64,000 nt of DNA, from the NCBI GenBank assembly GCA_905178155.1, contig CAJINV010000003.1, positions 7,125,612 through 7,189,611 on the forward strand. Direction: 5' to 3'. The position numbers and the translations under genes were made by a program. This document shows positions 37,742-52,440 of the stretch, one piece after another. The stretch's first letter is position 1. Each line of letters opens with the position of its first letter. The notes beneath the pieces were generated by a model, which worked only from the letters and a program-made list of their open reading frames with translations, was not told where the DNA came from and did no database searches. The stretch comes from Amoebophrya sp. A120 (Eukaryota > Protista > Dinoflagellata).

Positions 37742-40700
37742 GTTTATTGTTATTCGTGAATTTCAATTTTCATTACAACCGATCACGAGCACGACACTCG
37801 TACCGGACATTGATACGCGTATAGCAGGAACGCCGTTGATGATGAAGACGACGGAAAAATATGAATATGATGCGTCCAGCATCATTCCTCGCTTTGTGAT
37901 GAAAGTAGATTAGTGTTTGTTGCAAGACAAAAACGACACTGCAAATGAACGCAATAGCATTTCCACTTCGCCCATTGACTAGATCCTCGTCTTCGTCGTG
38001 TTATGGCTATCGAGTCGTAGATGCTAGAGCAAGAGACGAAAGCAAAGAAGTACTGCGGCAGCCGTCGTTATACTCAGCAAACACGAGGTGGAGACAAGTC
38101 TACAAAGCAACAGCGTCTCTGTCTTCGCAGCGCCAGCGTTTTCAGCGAACAAAAGCAACACATTTCGGCACGTCCTATCTTTTAGAAATGGAAATCGAAC
38201 ACGAACTGCTCCAAAAAAATTAAAAATGTATGCCTGCACCTGCAGAACAAGCTGCAACATGCTCATGCAAAGTATGCACATCATAATATGTGGACGTGGA
38301 GGACGGCTCGGGTTGAGACAAATATCAAGTACTTTTATTTACTATATTGATAGGACGAAGAGATACTAATGTAGCATTAGTGTACGTACATAACAATCCG
38401 TCGCGGGACACGACGACACGAGGTCGATTCCTGGCTTTGCATTTGCGTGCTACCGCTGCGCCAGACTTTTCCGCTGCATGCAAAACAATGACAAACCAGC
38501 GTCGCGCACGCAGGATACCAAGAAGCTCGACTTGCCTCCACCTAAATGTAATCGTCGTGGATACTGCTGGCTGTTCCTATCGCAGCTGGGTCCGGCCGAC
38601 CTCGGTTGTCCGATGACATGTTGGCAGCTTCCGATGATCAAACTCGAGCCGTCAGCAGCAGTGGGCGGTCTCCTCTGAAACTGAAAGTTGCAGTTGGAGT
38701 CAACTTCCAGAGGATACTACTACTAGTGATAATCTCGGATAAGCGTCTTGTTAACGACCGAAACCGACACTAGCCGCTCGCTCCGGTATGAGTTATTTTG
38801 CCGTTCTCGATGGTGCAGATCGAGAAGAAAATCAAGAAGAAAACTGTATCGTAGCCGTTCGGATTGGTTTTGGTTCTGGAAAGAAGGGCCGGCTCGCCCC
38901 CGTGGCCCTTTCTTATATCGAGCTTGTGTCTGTGCTCCTGCTCCGGCAGATAGCTGCGAGAAATTCGTTCCTATGATGTATTGCTTTCTGGAAATAAAAT
39001 ATTAATTTCTATATTCTGCTTTACTCGGTATGCAGCTGGACAAAACGAGCTACGTAGGTGTGCGTCTTAGTGGAGGTCGAGCACGAGTCCACACAATAAG
39101 TAGAACGGTTTTAGTTTTTGCTAAGATGTAGAAATTATGGCCGAGTTGCACTACAGCGCCGATCAGGATCAGTCTCAGCTTCATTCTCCATGATAGACTT
39201 CTGGCTGGGCATCGCATTGGCATTACTAGGATGAGCACGATTGGCCAACATGAACATGCCCACCGTATAAATTATAATACTAATACTCACCTAACTAATG
39301 ATGTCCATCGGGCGGCTGCCTTCATTCGAAGGAGGTCGAAATGTACTTCGAGAAGAAAGCCGGACAGTCTAAATGTTCTCACCTGAATCTAATCCATCCA
39401 GACACACATTCATTCAAGGCGGCGATAATTTTTTGCTCGCGTCGATTCTTCAATCCACCTCCTGTAGTTGCCCAGCTGCGCAAGCATTTAAGTGTGTAAG
39501 GACTCTCCGGCAATGATTTGCAAGCAATAGCGCGAGCAATGCGACACGGACCGCCCGAGGTCGTGCGAGATGCGAGTGCGCGGATCTGTCGCAGGTTCTG
39601 CGACTACCCCTCGCGACTTCGTCCGCGAGTGCCCACTATAATAGGGCCACAGTTCAGCGAGATACCCCTAATCCTAACCGTCCTAGTCCTGGCCGGTGGT
39701 CAGCGCCGCTGCCAATTCAAGAAAGCGAGGCCAGCATCACTGCAGTCGGAGGCTGGCCAACATAAAAGCCTCGGCATCTGCGGGCCAGTTCTCTATCGGG
39801 AGGCTCGCGAATCGCAATGGTGTTGGTGATGTGGTCGACATTTTATTGCCACGCGCCTGATCCTGAATGCTGGAGGGCGCTAATAATTTGCGAGCAATGC
39901 GAACAATGCGACGAACCGCGACCGGTTTTACGATCAATCTCAATGTTGCGTGTCGCATTTCTACATAAATTTAAACATAATGTTTGTAACTGCGGTCTGC
40001 GGATGCAGAGAAAGGAGCTGGCGCGTGGAATGATGGCGGTGGTGATGGACCACCAGCATAAAATGCTATCTTCCCACGTGTAGCAGCTGTGGCCAATATC
40101 TTCGGGAACGCATGGCATACGCAGATATCTTGGTAGCACGAGAATGGCTCATGTGCGCACAAGCTAAAACAGTCTGACCTTTACAAAGACGGCAACAAAT
40201 AACACATTGTGTAAAATTAAAGTTAAAGTCTTTTTTGCATGATACCTGCACAACTTGCGCGACGAGGGTCGGTCGATACCACGGTGAAGACCCGGATAAT
40301 GGACAATAATAGCTGGCAAAAAATGTTCGATTCCCTGCACGAGTCTGGTCCCTAGGTGGACGGCTACGCCCGTCTGCGCGGGTTTTGATGTTCCTCTTTG
40401 CTCTCTGCCCGGGTTTTGATGTTCTTCTTTGCTGTAAAACCAGAAAGAGTAGGACAGGATGACAATGTTGACTGGAGAACAAGGATACTTATTCTTCTCC
40501 GCTTGTTTATGTTCCGTTGCGTTGCCCAGTCGTGAAGAAGAATATTTTAGGTCGAGACGCTCAACCCTGTTCCTAGGAAAAGGAAAGCGACACTCAACCC
40601 TGTTGGTTCTCCCACTGCACCCCTGCAGGCAAAGGCAAAGCCATCGAGTTTATTTTCTGTGAAAACTTCTCTTAGATTTTGGATTCATCGACGGACCGTG

Positions 40701-42548
40701 TACTGCTGAATCTTAATCAATCTCGAACAAAGCATCACAAGAATGCGCCGCTGTCCTAAAGAAAGTGACCAGATGAAGACCTTCTAGTCCAGTGAGACCA
40801 GCAACTACATAGAGCAGATCTAATGGATCTCGAAGACTAGATGACTTTCTGGTCTCGGTGGTGTTGTAAATTATGACTGCTCAACATCTTACCGCTTACA
40901 CAGATACGCAGAAAACTAATTTTCAAAAAATGTATCAGGGTCTCTCGACCTCAAGGTGCTACTTACTAGGTAGTTGCTTGCTTTGTAAAATCGCCTAAAG
41001 TTGATGCGTTGTGAGATGATCCCGATTGCCATCAATATTACCCAAGGTCTGTACTACGGATAAATATGGATACATCTACTATCATCTTTACATATCTTTA
41101 TCTAGCTCTCTAAAGTTTTTGTTTTGGTAACTACTACGCGCTGCGCCTAATCGGAGCGACGGCGCGAAATCCGAAAGAAGTTTGAAAACTGTTACTCGGG
41201 TTGTTGGTAAAGGGTTTCGTTTACGAGGCTGCTTGAGAGGACGCAGGAGTTCTCCACTCACCTCAGGAGGTAGTTTTTACATGCATCAAGAAAGCTAGCT
41301 CCGATATCTTCTGCAACTGCTCGCAGTCAGATAAGTAACGAGGAGAACCGGAACGACTTAACCGCCTTTGATCATCGTTTCGATCTAGAGACGAAAAAAT
41401 ACACATCGAGCAGCTGCAATACAAGTCACATGAGCTGTTACGGCACAGGCACGAGCATTTATATCAAAAATAGATCTTCTCTTCAGCAGCTTTTTACTAC
41501 TGATATATCCTTGCCTTTTTTTCTTCAGCGGTTTTCACCTTCTTTTTAATTGGTACTATCTATCATCATGATCCACCTGCTCAATGAGCAAACTTTGACA
41601 CTATCGGGCTTCGACATCTTCTTCTACCGTCCCGCGTCCCTGCTTTTATCTGTATTTCGTAAAGAATAAACTAGTACTTGTATCGCTGCATAGTACGGAA
41701 TTGACTTGCTTCAGCAATTGTAACGTAGGTATCTGCCTCACAACCATAGTGCTTGTTCGTTCGTAGTCCTCCAGGTATGATGGCCAATGGCAATGCCGTA
41801 CGTCAGTCATCGCTCGACTCTGCGGAAGCGCGCCACATCCACGAGGCGAACTTGCAAACTACTATCCGGAAGATAAATATGAAGTCGAAGGAGCGTCAGC
41901 TATACAGTTGTAGCCTAATGTGTAATGTGAAGCTCTCACACACACACACACGCGCATCTTCTTCTCTCTCGTGTTGCTGTTCAAAAGGCTCAACTTTGCC
42001 AATCTACTTCATTCGGGTGCGTAGTAAATCTGTGACATCCAAATCATCCGTAGTGCTGTGCGCATGAACATCTTGAGGCCGCCAAGCTGCAAGGCGCAAC
42101 TTTTTCTTTCGATCGCTTCTTCTAAGTGCGGGCGGTAGTTTTGTTTTACATTTCCCAGCGGCAATGGGTGTAATCTGTAGCAAGCTGCTGGACGCGTAAA
42201 AAGCAGAGACAAACATCTTCTTCTGTTCCAACTCTTTTTGCTCTTCCACACTTTGCGCACACAAGTCAGAAGTCGTCTGCAAATGACAATCAGTGAGTGC
42301 AAGCCCATGCGGCACGGCGAGGGAGGGCGAGCCGAGCGCTGAATAAATATCACAAATATCAAGCCTACACTTGCTCCTGCTTCTCGGGGACTTTCCTTTC
42401 GTAGTATCGATATCGTGGGTTCTCGTGACGTCAGAGATATTCCGTCTCGGAGAAAACAATCAAAACTACGTTGCCCGTGAGACCACCGAAAGTCTTTTCG
42501 TTTTCTCTTGCTGATGCTTATACATCTCTCAATCCCAAGCGAATTGCT

Positions 42549-42991
42549 TATGGCCCGGTAAAACGATTTTTTGCAAGTGATTTGAAAATGTTCCTCAGCC
42601 AAGCCTCCGGACCCCCCTTCTGCATGACAATGACAAATTTTGGTAACTACATTTCGCATGCTTCTTTTATTTATTAGCCTAATAAAGGATAACTACTTAA
42701 ACTACTAGCTAGCAATAGCATTTGTAAGGAACTAAAAAGGAGCTTCGCGTAGCGGTTCCATCGCGGATTTGTCACATATCCGCAATGAAAAATCCGCAAG
42801 ACGCTGCAGCTTTTTCCTTACAAAGCTAGCGTAGCTAGTTTAGATTCGTTACATGAGTTGTTCAACATCTACTTTCGACATCACCTTTTTCTTTTTGCAT
42901 GGCAAATGATCCTCCCGAACGATGGATGGCCCGGAGGCTTCTAAGAAAAGTTTTCAAATCGTTTCAAAAAAAATCGTTCAGCCGCACCGTA
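42549..42991. mobile_element. Decayed TAT...ATA-family element, TSD TTGCT/CTGTT
   Basis: ~60-bp imperfect TIR (AACGATTTTTT..GATTTGAAAA..AAGCCTCCGG). GCATGACAA motif. Confidence 0.75.
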
Positions 42992-44431
42992 CTGTTTGAT
43001 GTGTGATCGACCATGAGGGTTCTTGCGGAGAGGAAAACGGATCGCGGTGCGGGTGAGCACAACCACAGGACACGGAGGCTGCTTGACGTACAGCTGATAT
43101 TCATATTATACAGGTGGAAGCCTTACTCATCTGATTGATAGGCACAAGGCGTGAACAAGGCAGATCTCTTGAAGCTCGCAAGCAACAATGGAAACAAATG
43201 TCTATGTCTGATCGAGTACGTTGCCTTTTGCTTTTTCTGGCGGTTTGTTAGTACTTAAGAATCGCAAGAGGAACGCAGCTCCTGGTGGTGGTGGGCTTGC
43301 ATAGGAACGACACCAAGATGTTGAATCACCGCTGCAGTTACTACTGCTACATATGTTGTAGATCACGTTAAAATTCCGATCTATGTACGCGAATTAGGCC
43401 TGCTGCAGATTGTATTCATCATCCTCTATTCCCTGCGCACGGTGAAAGTAGCAAGCCGACGCCCCACTATTGTTGGAAACGCGATTTTCCGCCAGAAAAA
43501 GTTTGGACTTAGATTGACAGAGGTGAGTAGAGACCGTAGAAATAAAGAGTTCTTCGTGTACATGCAAAAAAGCACTGGCGATCGCGAGCTTAGTTTTGCT
43601 TCAGGTTTATTCAACAGTTTAAGCGGGTTTATAAATTATCAAGCTAGTACGTCATAGAAGTATTAAGTATTTGCAGCCACTCGGAAGTCGAAAATGGAAT
43701 TGATTGCCCCATGAAGAGTAAGCGCTTTCATCTGTGACTGCGGGACAAGAGCCTCAGCATGATCACACTTACATTCACGAAGAACTCCTAGGTTCCAGTG
43801 CGCTGCGGGTGCGGTCCTTGCTACATTATTATGTGGTCCTCTTGTCAATCATTTTTTCGAAATAGTGCCGTTCGGCGACTTCGCCCCTCATGTCCTGACG
43901 CTGGTGGCGACCAGCCCTGCTCGTCAGTCCCGTCCCTGCGCGTTCGCGAATTCTCGTCGTGGCTGCCAGTGTGCCTGGGACGAAGATCAACAAAAATAAA
44001 AAATCTTCAACTTGTACGACAATTTCAATTTCAATTTTATTTGCTCTTCTTCGCATACAAATCAGTGATCGATGAAACAGCAAGAAGAAGAAAGCACCGC
44101 GCGTGGCTTCTCGAGTGGAGGACGCTTGTTAGTGTTACTCGTCGTGCACCTGCGCCACTATTTACCTCCGCTACAACTAAGTACTTCTTCTGCTTGACGA
44201 GTCGCATGGGCAATACTAGCTAGGACAGTAGCATAAGGGTAAGGCTACAGCTTCAGAAGCTGCTAACTACCCCTTCAGCGTGTTGTAAGCCATGCCCAGC
44301 GCATGCAGCGCGTAACTTTGGAAACTCACTCGAAACCCGTCCGGCGCGGCTGCACGGCACGACGTGGCAAAATTACGAGAGCGCTCGCAGTCGCATCGGC
44401 CGGCGTCGGCCACGGACGCCGCCGAATATTA

Positions 44432-44810
44432 GAGCGGGGTAACAAAATAAAAAAAGAGGTCCTCGGGGGACCTCTTGTCCCCCCGGCCGGGTGGACAAGA
44501 GGTCCCCCCTTCTGTTGCCAGGGTGGCTGGCTCGCAGAGTTCCCCCCCGCACGTCGCCGCGCCGGCTATTTCGGGTCAAACGGTGGGGACCTCTTGTCCT
44601 GTATAGCAAACACATAGCCGATTTCTCTGCGAAACGGGGGGGGCAAGATGTCCCCCCCGTTTCACCCGAAATATCCGACGCGGCGACACGGGGGGGGGGA
44701 ACTCTGCGTGCCGGACGGTCCGGCAGCAAAACGGGGGGACCTCTTGTCCGCCCGGCCGGGGGGACAAGAGGTCCCCCGAGGACCTCTTTTTTTATTTTGT
44801 TACCCCGCTC
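44432..44810. mobile_element. MITE with GAGCGGGGTAACAAA termini, TSD TTA
   Basis: 379 bp, TTA on both flanks. Same family as 16318-16699. Confidence 0.95.
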
Positions 44811-45939
44811 TTATAGAAACAGGCGACGCCACGACTCCCCAGGCCCCTCACTGAATCCGCAGAGGTGCGAAAATCGTGCCCGGAGTTTGTCAATTTTTGT
44901 GCCCTCGCTCATTTTCTCGCGAGCAGAGCGAGCGCCGCGCGCTCAGATATTATGGCACGAATTCGATGGGGGCGCGGGGGCTTGAAAGTGAAAAGTTAGT
45001 GCCACCTACATCCGATAATATATGTATACAACGACATAAGTACCTTCTGGCCATCGTCGTCATAATGGTCGCCGCGCGGGCCCGATTTAGAGTGTGGATG
45101 GCCGCCACGTCCTGGCTCTGGACGAAATTTCGTATAATTCTCCTTCCCACCGTGCTGTGGATGTTTCCGTTTTGACGACGACTGGGTAGCTTCGTACAGT
45201 TGCGATGGCCCACTCTCCGTAGCAACCCCACTCAAGAACCTATGATGAGAAGTGGTTTCTTAGGTAGAAGATGAAACAGGTCTGGTGCGTAGACGTAGTT
45301 TAGGTTCATTTTGGATGCAGAACCGAAGGAACAAGAGAAGCTGGAGCTCCTGCGTAGTTTAGTGCACAACGCGGGAGAGAAGCGCGGCAAGTGGTGCCCA
45401 TCTAAGACTACTAGGCCGACCGCCGACCCAGCATTGTATCGGCCTTCCCACAAGCTACAGTACGGTACTAGACCAAGTATCGTACTAATGCATGAGCATG
45501 CGGCAACTCCGACACGACTGAGTTTAATTGTCACCTTGGAAGTGTAAAAACAAAGTCCTGCTGTCCGCGACCCCAAGGACTCCCGGGACAATGTTCGTAT
45601 GCTCTACTGTAGCTGCATGATGATGATGATGATGTAGTAGATCAACAACTAATATTCATTGTACAGGTGCTCAGGTGTTCTACTTACACTTGACCAGATG
45701 CAAATGCTGCCGATTCTTCCCGCGGAATGAAACGTCGCCGGAGCAGAGTTCTCGTTTTTCATTTCTGGAAGGAATGCGCCGTCGTGTCAAATCATGCATG
45801 TGATCGGGATAGGCCGAGGCGGACATGAACATGATGAGGATATCATTATCACCAGCAAACAAAAATTTGATTTTGGTATCGACAAGAACCGAGTCAGTAT
45901 CGAAAAAAAAGGCATCACGAGAGGAATACAACGATACAT

Positions 45940-48331
45940 ACCCGGACGAATTGGAAGCACCTTGTTCCGCACTAGTTGTATAACCTCCTCCAGCGAACTT
46001 ATTCAAGGCGGAATGTTGGTTCTTGTCCTGTGGAGGTCCCTTCTGTAGTGACTGCGTCTGTTCGTATGCGGAGGATAAGGCACCGATCAGGAATCCTCGC
46101 ACCGCGTAGTCCGGCCTGCTCGTGGTCGTACCAGATCCCACAGATTGCCCCTGCCATCGGCTTGGTCCATCCGTGTTTCGACCAGCACCACGGCTCCGTT
46201 TATGATCATCGGTGGATGCTCGTCCTGCACCAGTTCCGGGATATAATGCGTAGCTGTCTTGTTCAACAAAGTCGCCTCGGTTACTAGAATACGTTCGGTA
46301 CTCCCAGTCTTCACGTGTATCTTCGGTCCGGGTCGTTCCTGATCTTGGAAGATTCGACTCAACCGACTGCGGGTGGACGCCGTACGACGATGAGGCTGCT
46401 CTGTGCTGCTTCGGGCGCCCCACGTCTTGCACATCTCGATCTCGGAAGGCGCTGCCATTGCGGTTTCGCAAGGCAGTCTGGTCAGATACAGCACTTTCGA
46501 GTGGTGGTCCTCGCGGAATTCCGTGTCTTCGAGACGGGGTCGAGGCATCACCGTCGTGCAGCTCGGGTGGCCGAAGCCCTTTAAAGTTCGGGTCCTCGTC
46601 TTGGTCTGGATCCTCATGCTGCCCAGGAGACGACCCCCGTCTGCTATTACAATGAAAAATGCCCCCACCCCCAGCTTGGCAGCATTTGTATTGCAAACCT
46701 TTCCAACAGAAACATTCCCCGTCTTGCATATCTCAGCATCACAAGTTTTTGATTCTGAATACTTAGATCAAATTTGTGTTGCGAAGTAGCCCAACAGCAG
46801 CCGGATCTGTTATGCACATCAAGCCACCTTGCGCACCCAGATTCTGCATCAGAAACGCTCGCAATCATTTTATGCAAGGCAAAAAGCTTTCATCTGGAAA
46901 CTTTGCATGACAAACTTCTGCAAATTCCGGCGTGGGGGCATTTTTCACTGTAATATCTGCTTGTTCGACCCTGGCTGGCAAGCACGTGCTGCCTTAGTGT
47001 GCGATCCTCGTTTCCGGTTCGCGCTCGTGGCCTCGAGGACGGGGCCGCCCATTGTGGCGGTGCCTGATCGTGCTGCATTGTACCGCCACGGGGCGTCTTG
47101 GTCTTGGACTTGGGGTCAGAAGCGAGGCTGTTGATGGATGAGGGGTAAGAGCTGTGCTGTTCCCGTGTCCAAATCACGCTCGGATGATCGCCTGAGGGTG
47201 GACTTGCGTTCGCGCCCCCACGCTCCCGGTCACGGTAGTTTACAGCCCTTTCATCGTAGATTCGCACGCGTATCAAAGTGGAAAAACAAAAAATAAATAA
47301 CCCGCTTCCTTATATAGAGAAACGACTCTTGATGCATAGCCATAGCATGATTTCTGTAAGCGAGTCGCGGCACCATCATATCAGAGGCCTGGCTTCAAAT
47401 CAGAAGTAAACAAAAGGTGCAGACTGTGATCCTGCATCACACTGAAACGCTTCGCCTGTTCAGTTGTATGACAACAGAATTATCTGAAGGCACGTCGCTA
47501 CCGGCGCTGCTGGTAGTACTAGAAACGCACATGCAGCAATGCCGACGAATGAGCCGGCGCACGAGTGTCCTGCCACAGCCCTCTTGCAGGACGTTAGCAC
47601 CAGGTTGGTTGGTGTACGAAAATTTAGCGTGCTGTGCGGCTTCATTTTAATGATGAAGACGAGGCGACATTTTTCCACATGATATCGTGGCCACGGCGAC
47701 CATGGTTGTGCAGGTATTGTGGCTCTCCGTGTCCACCTCCCGCATGCTTCTGGAACGAGTTGTACTGCTGGGAGTTCTTGTGCCCCTGGTTCTCGAATAG
47801 CCCCTGCCCCAGATGCGGCCGCTTGCTTTTCGAACGAGGGTTCGCGTGCGGTCCTCGCTCTGTGCCCGCTTTGGCGTGATTCGTCCTATTCGTCGCAGCT
47901 TCTCCGTGCAGCCGAAACTGAAATGCATCTTGCCCGCGCGGGCTTTCGTTCCTGTAAAGCTGTTGCTCGCGGTCTTCCCGCTGTGCATGCGGATGCGCCG
48001 CAGGACTTTCGAACCTGTTAAACTGCTCGTAGTGGCTGCTGGAAGTACTAGCGACCGGCCCGGGGGCAGTGGATGAGGCGGACCCTCCTGCTGTAAAAGT
48101 TCCTTTGTTGCTATTTTCCATTTTCTTGTGATTGCTGTAGGAAGAGGACAAGCCCCAGTTGGAGTTGCTACTTGTTTTTTTGGCTGTAGCTGCGTTCTTG
48201 TTGCCGTCCCCGTCCTTGCCTCCGAACATGACACTGCGGTTGAAATTTACTTTCACACTGGCACTGCTGCGGTTGAAATTCGGATTACTTCGGTACTCCC
48301 AGCTATCCTGGTTGCCGCCGCCGTCATTCAT
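45940..48331 (-). CDS. Long low-complexity protein of unknown function split by two introners
   Basis: ORFs 47642-48331, 46890-47276 and 45680-46729 join in frame (RGHE|RIYDER and GRTSR|RGSSPG). WEYR motif occurs twice. Confidence 0.7.
46645..46955. mobile_element. TAT...ATA introner, TSD TCTGC
   Basis: TIR TATTACARTGAAAAATGCCCCCAC. TCTGC at 46640-46644 and 46956-46960. In-frame join. Confidence 0.93.
47271..47684. mobile_element. TAT...ATA introner, TSD ACGCG/TCGTG
   Basis: TIRs TATCAAAGTGGAAAAA and TATCATGTGGAAAAA. In-frame join. Confidence 0.8.
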
Positions 48332-48566
48332 CCGCGCGTCCTCTGCATCTGCCGTGAGGATCGAGGATCTTCCGCTTCCCCGGGGCCAAAGTCCCGTCTG
48401 TTCGGAGGAACAATATGCAGGGGAACGGAGAGGTCTTGGGAGCTGTTGCTAGCCCTAAGAAAATGAAAAGCCGCAGTCTGCCCCGCAGATTTGCATATGT
48501 TTTTGTTTTGCTTTTTATTTGTGATGCACAAAGTACCAGTACGCCAGAAATCACTCAAGCTCGTCT

Positions 48567-50600
48567 CTATGCAATTGCAAGTGGTTTTGCATCACAAAAC
48601 GAATTCGCGTCGGCGACTCCGAGTGTGGTCGCAGAGGATTTTATTTTTGGGCTACCACTACTAGCAGCAGTCTGGGAGATCACTTTACTAGGTTCCCAAC
48701 CATACACTGGACGAAGGCGGTTCACCGTTGTTGTTGTACCTAAAGAAGGTAAAAAGGACAAGTAAACAGATAGACGATGCTGATAGTAAACCTGCAGGTG
48801 CAGCTGCGCGCGCACGGCTTCATCAAGAACAACACCACATGGAATAGCATATTGCATTCGCGCTTTTTTGTTCCCTTGCTCGTCTACTTCCATGACGAGG
48901 ATTCGAAAACCACAAGAGCAGTTCGTGTGTAGCAAACATTTGCATTTGCAAGGAAATAAACCATCAAAAAATCTCTAGCTGTAGCCTTCAAGTTCAAGCA
49001 CGAGCAACGACTTGATGATGTTCCTCTGCTGCAAATAGTACATGATAAGCAAAAATAAAAACCAGGCCAGATGTGGGCGCCGTCATCAAGCATCCAACAA
49101 ACTGTGGTACCATCGGGATCTTGGATTGAACTCTGGACCATCACGCTTAGATCGGCCACCTCGTCCCGCTCCGCGTCGACCTTTGCCCCTCTATGAAAAA
49201 CGAAAATCCCCGCTCCCTCTGCTGAAGGGTGAAACTTGTGGCGTGGTGCCGACGTGGGTTTAGCTCGTACTGGTGTGTACTACGGGAGCGTATACGAGTC
49301 CTCTACATGCTGAGCATATATAGCACACGTCTCTGACTTCGAGGCTGAAGTAGGCGGCAAGGAACGCTTTGCACTGTGCCTGTAGAATTATGCCTCCGAT
49401 TGCTCCTCATGCGCCCCCTTCATGTTCGTGTATGCAACTCTTCCGGCACCACGAAAGCCAAATTGAGTGTGCGTGTCGTGGATGAGGGGGATTTTTTCTG
49501 ACAATACCTTTCCCTTATTAAACACGGTAGCTGCGGCGCGATGGGCCGCACTGTGAAATAATGGAAGACCCTCGCGGCCGAAACTATCCACAAGCTGTCC
49601 GCTCTTCTTGTCGATGCAAGGCTATCTAGAAGAAAAATACGCACACCCATACTGAATCGGACGTCATATTGATGTACTTCGTTCATTTTGCATGTATCAT
49701 GTTGCTTTCACAGATACAGCAGCCTGAGAGATTCATTAGCCCTTCTCCTTGTAACTGAAGGTGATTTCTGCGACTCCTACTGTCGATGACAGTGTGGGTC
49801 TTCATCTTTCACCTTGTTGTTAAACATGGATACAAAAAATTGAAACAAATTCAAATGGAAACGCAGCATAATCGGCTTGTAGAACGTCAGTAGTAAACTG
49901 AGGACCTCAAGCTCCCTAGCACGTGCGCAAAGTGAAGACGCAACCCGAGCTCCTGCATCGCTGAACAACATGGGATGGAGCCATTTTTCTCTGCGATACA
50001 AAGGTCGCCTCGGTCAGCCGTTCCCACGCGGCATTATAGCGAGCAAGCTGTTCTTGGATCGCCTCGAGTCCCTCATCAAACCAAAACACATTCGATTTGT
50101 GATACTTCTTGCTCCTGTATGCAAAAGAAGAGCGACGAAGCATCGCCTACCTTCTCATTTTATGCGTTTTTTCTCATTCAAGTAAGTCTTGAACCACGAG
50201 GTGGAAAAGGAATAAGCATATTACACGAGATTGAAGAACATCTTCTGTCGGGCGTAAGTTATCTGAGGCGGATGGGGATGGTCAACATGGACATCCCTCT
50301 AGTATGTTCTTACTTTGTCTCCTTTTCCTGCAGAAGTGCGGAAGATCAGCTCATCAAGGATTGGGAATGCGAATGGCGGCCGCTTTCTATCTTGCATGCC
50401 TGCTAGTGGCACTCGAGCAAAAAAACAAACAGGCGAAGCCCGTAAATCTTCTTCGGTGTTTTCTCTTCGGATGCAAACATGTGAAGATCGGTTGAAGAAC
50501 TACAAATATGGTAAAGGAAGCCAGCTTTGCGCTTTTCTATTGCATAGAGCGTAGTCCGGTCCGTTCTCGTCGTTGTCTGCTTGCGTGAAATAATCCCTCA
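48567..50600 (-). CDS. Probable exons of an unidentified protein
   Basis: Collinear coding-like minus-strand ORFs (e.g. NVFWFDEGLEAIQEQLARYNAAW, VCWMLDDGAHIW). No family recognised. Confidence 0.4.
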
Positions 50601-52440
50601 GATCTTCCAAGTCTTCCATTCGCGCATCCATAATCTGACAGGCGGGAAGAAAATTTTTTGCTTTTTGAATTTGATTTATTTAGAGAGGCCTGAGTGGATA
50701 TTTCAGAAACTTAAGTAATATCGCTGAAAGCACATGCAAAAGCGTGCGCTGGTGCACGCTGCATTTTTATTCCCCACGCACTGCTGAAACAAGTGGCGAT
50801 TTTCTATATCTGACGCATGCATGCAAATGCATCTCGCCTCGCATGCTCATATCGGGGTCCGGCCTGATATCGAGGAGAAGCTCTCCTTAGTGAAGGAGAA
50901 GCTCGCTCGGGCTTGGAGGTGGATCGAGCCCCCGTCACCAATGACGTAACGAACATCAAGACTAGAGCCAGCTAGACATATGTCTATATCAATAATGATC
51001 ACCAAAATGAAATCAACGCCTGGCATGCAGCGGAATTATCGACCTCTGTTCTTTGTCAGTGTGTCAAACACCTCGAAGAGAAAAGGCTGAGGCTTCCAGA
51101 TATTTTTGATGTGTATCAAAAAATTCAAAACCCAGTAAAAAAGTTATACCTGAAGTTTTTTTATCGAATTCCATCGAAGCCGTTTCTCCTTCATGAGCTC
51201 TTGAAACCGTTTGCACAGGGCGCTTGTCCGGAAACACGCAAAGATATACCTGAGAGAAATTTCAAATTCAACGCATACGGTAAGTTCGATTTCATAGGGT
51301 ACGATTTTCACGCGTGTCTTCCATTTTCTTTCAATAGCAACGGCAATTATAAGGTACTAATACAGGCGTACAGGCTACAAGAGAGAAGCGCTGTGCGTTG
51401 CTATCACCTACTTCTTAAATCAGTACCCCAAATTCTTCGTGTTTTGTCGCGATAATGGCAAAGTGAAGAAGCTCAGCACTCGGAAAATGATGGGGTGAAG
51501 TGAGGAGGACACGACTTGGCAGGGTGCGGTGTCCGGAACTTTATGGAGTTGCGGAGCACGAGTTTTATTTTCGCACCGACTGCGTGACTCAGAAGCGTTT
51601 TATTTTTTTTTGTTCGTGGTCCGCTTCAGCTATATTTTTATTTATATTAGCTATTCAGTATTATTAAATCTAGAAATGAAGGCGCGCGAAATTGACATTG
51701 CCGCTACCCACAAACATGCGCCGTACTCGAGGTGGTTGACCCCAGCACCCGGTAATGTTGTTACTGTACGGACGACACCTTCACTATCGGCCAGAATCAA
51801 TAAGGTGAAATGAAAATGTTTATGCAAAGACAGACGTCCTTCACCATCATCATCATCATGGGTGAGTCTGTGTCTCGTCCCGTGCGACTGCAAAGCTCTC
51901 TACTTCTAGCACTAAATGGTTGCTCCGCGGCAGATGTGCGGAAATGTCTCCAGAAATCACCTTTCATATGTTCCACCGCTGTCTTTGTCCGGAGCTGCCA
52001 CGAGCCAAGAACTTTCCAAGAAAAACCAAGAGTCACAGGCTATGTATGATGCGGTTGCGGGTTCTTGTTCAATACAAAATCACTCAAAGGCGGCCCGAAC
52101 AGCTTCTGTGTGCACTAGAAGTACAAGTAGAAGCACGGCGACAAGGAATGATGTGTCTTATTTTGTTCTTGATGAGCAAGAAGGAATACAGAATGTTTCC
52201 CGATCAACTTGCATTGCTTTGCAAAATTCCAGAGCAAAGTCTCCAACATACAACGCTGTGCCTATCGCGAGCCGCGGACTTTTCAACCTTTGGCTGAGTG
52301 CCCACAACTTTTAATTTTATGAATATTCAGGGCAGGTGTAGTGCAGTCATCTGTTTTTCCAACACGAGAAAGGTGAAGTGATTATCTCCGATTGACTCTC
52401 GATCTTCCTAGCTTAAGGTCCCGGAACGAAATTCTCGTGG

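Noticed and set aside
16910-44430. Exact 16-mer GACGCCGCCGAATATT near both ~380-bp MITEs (16910 and 44415)
   Set aside because: Different distances from the elements, and one chance 16-mer match is not unexpected in 64 kb.
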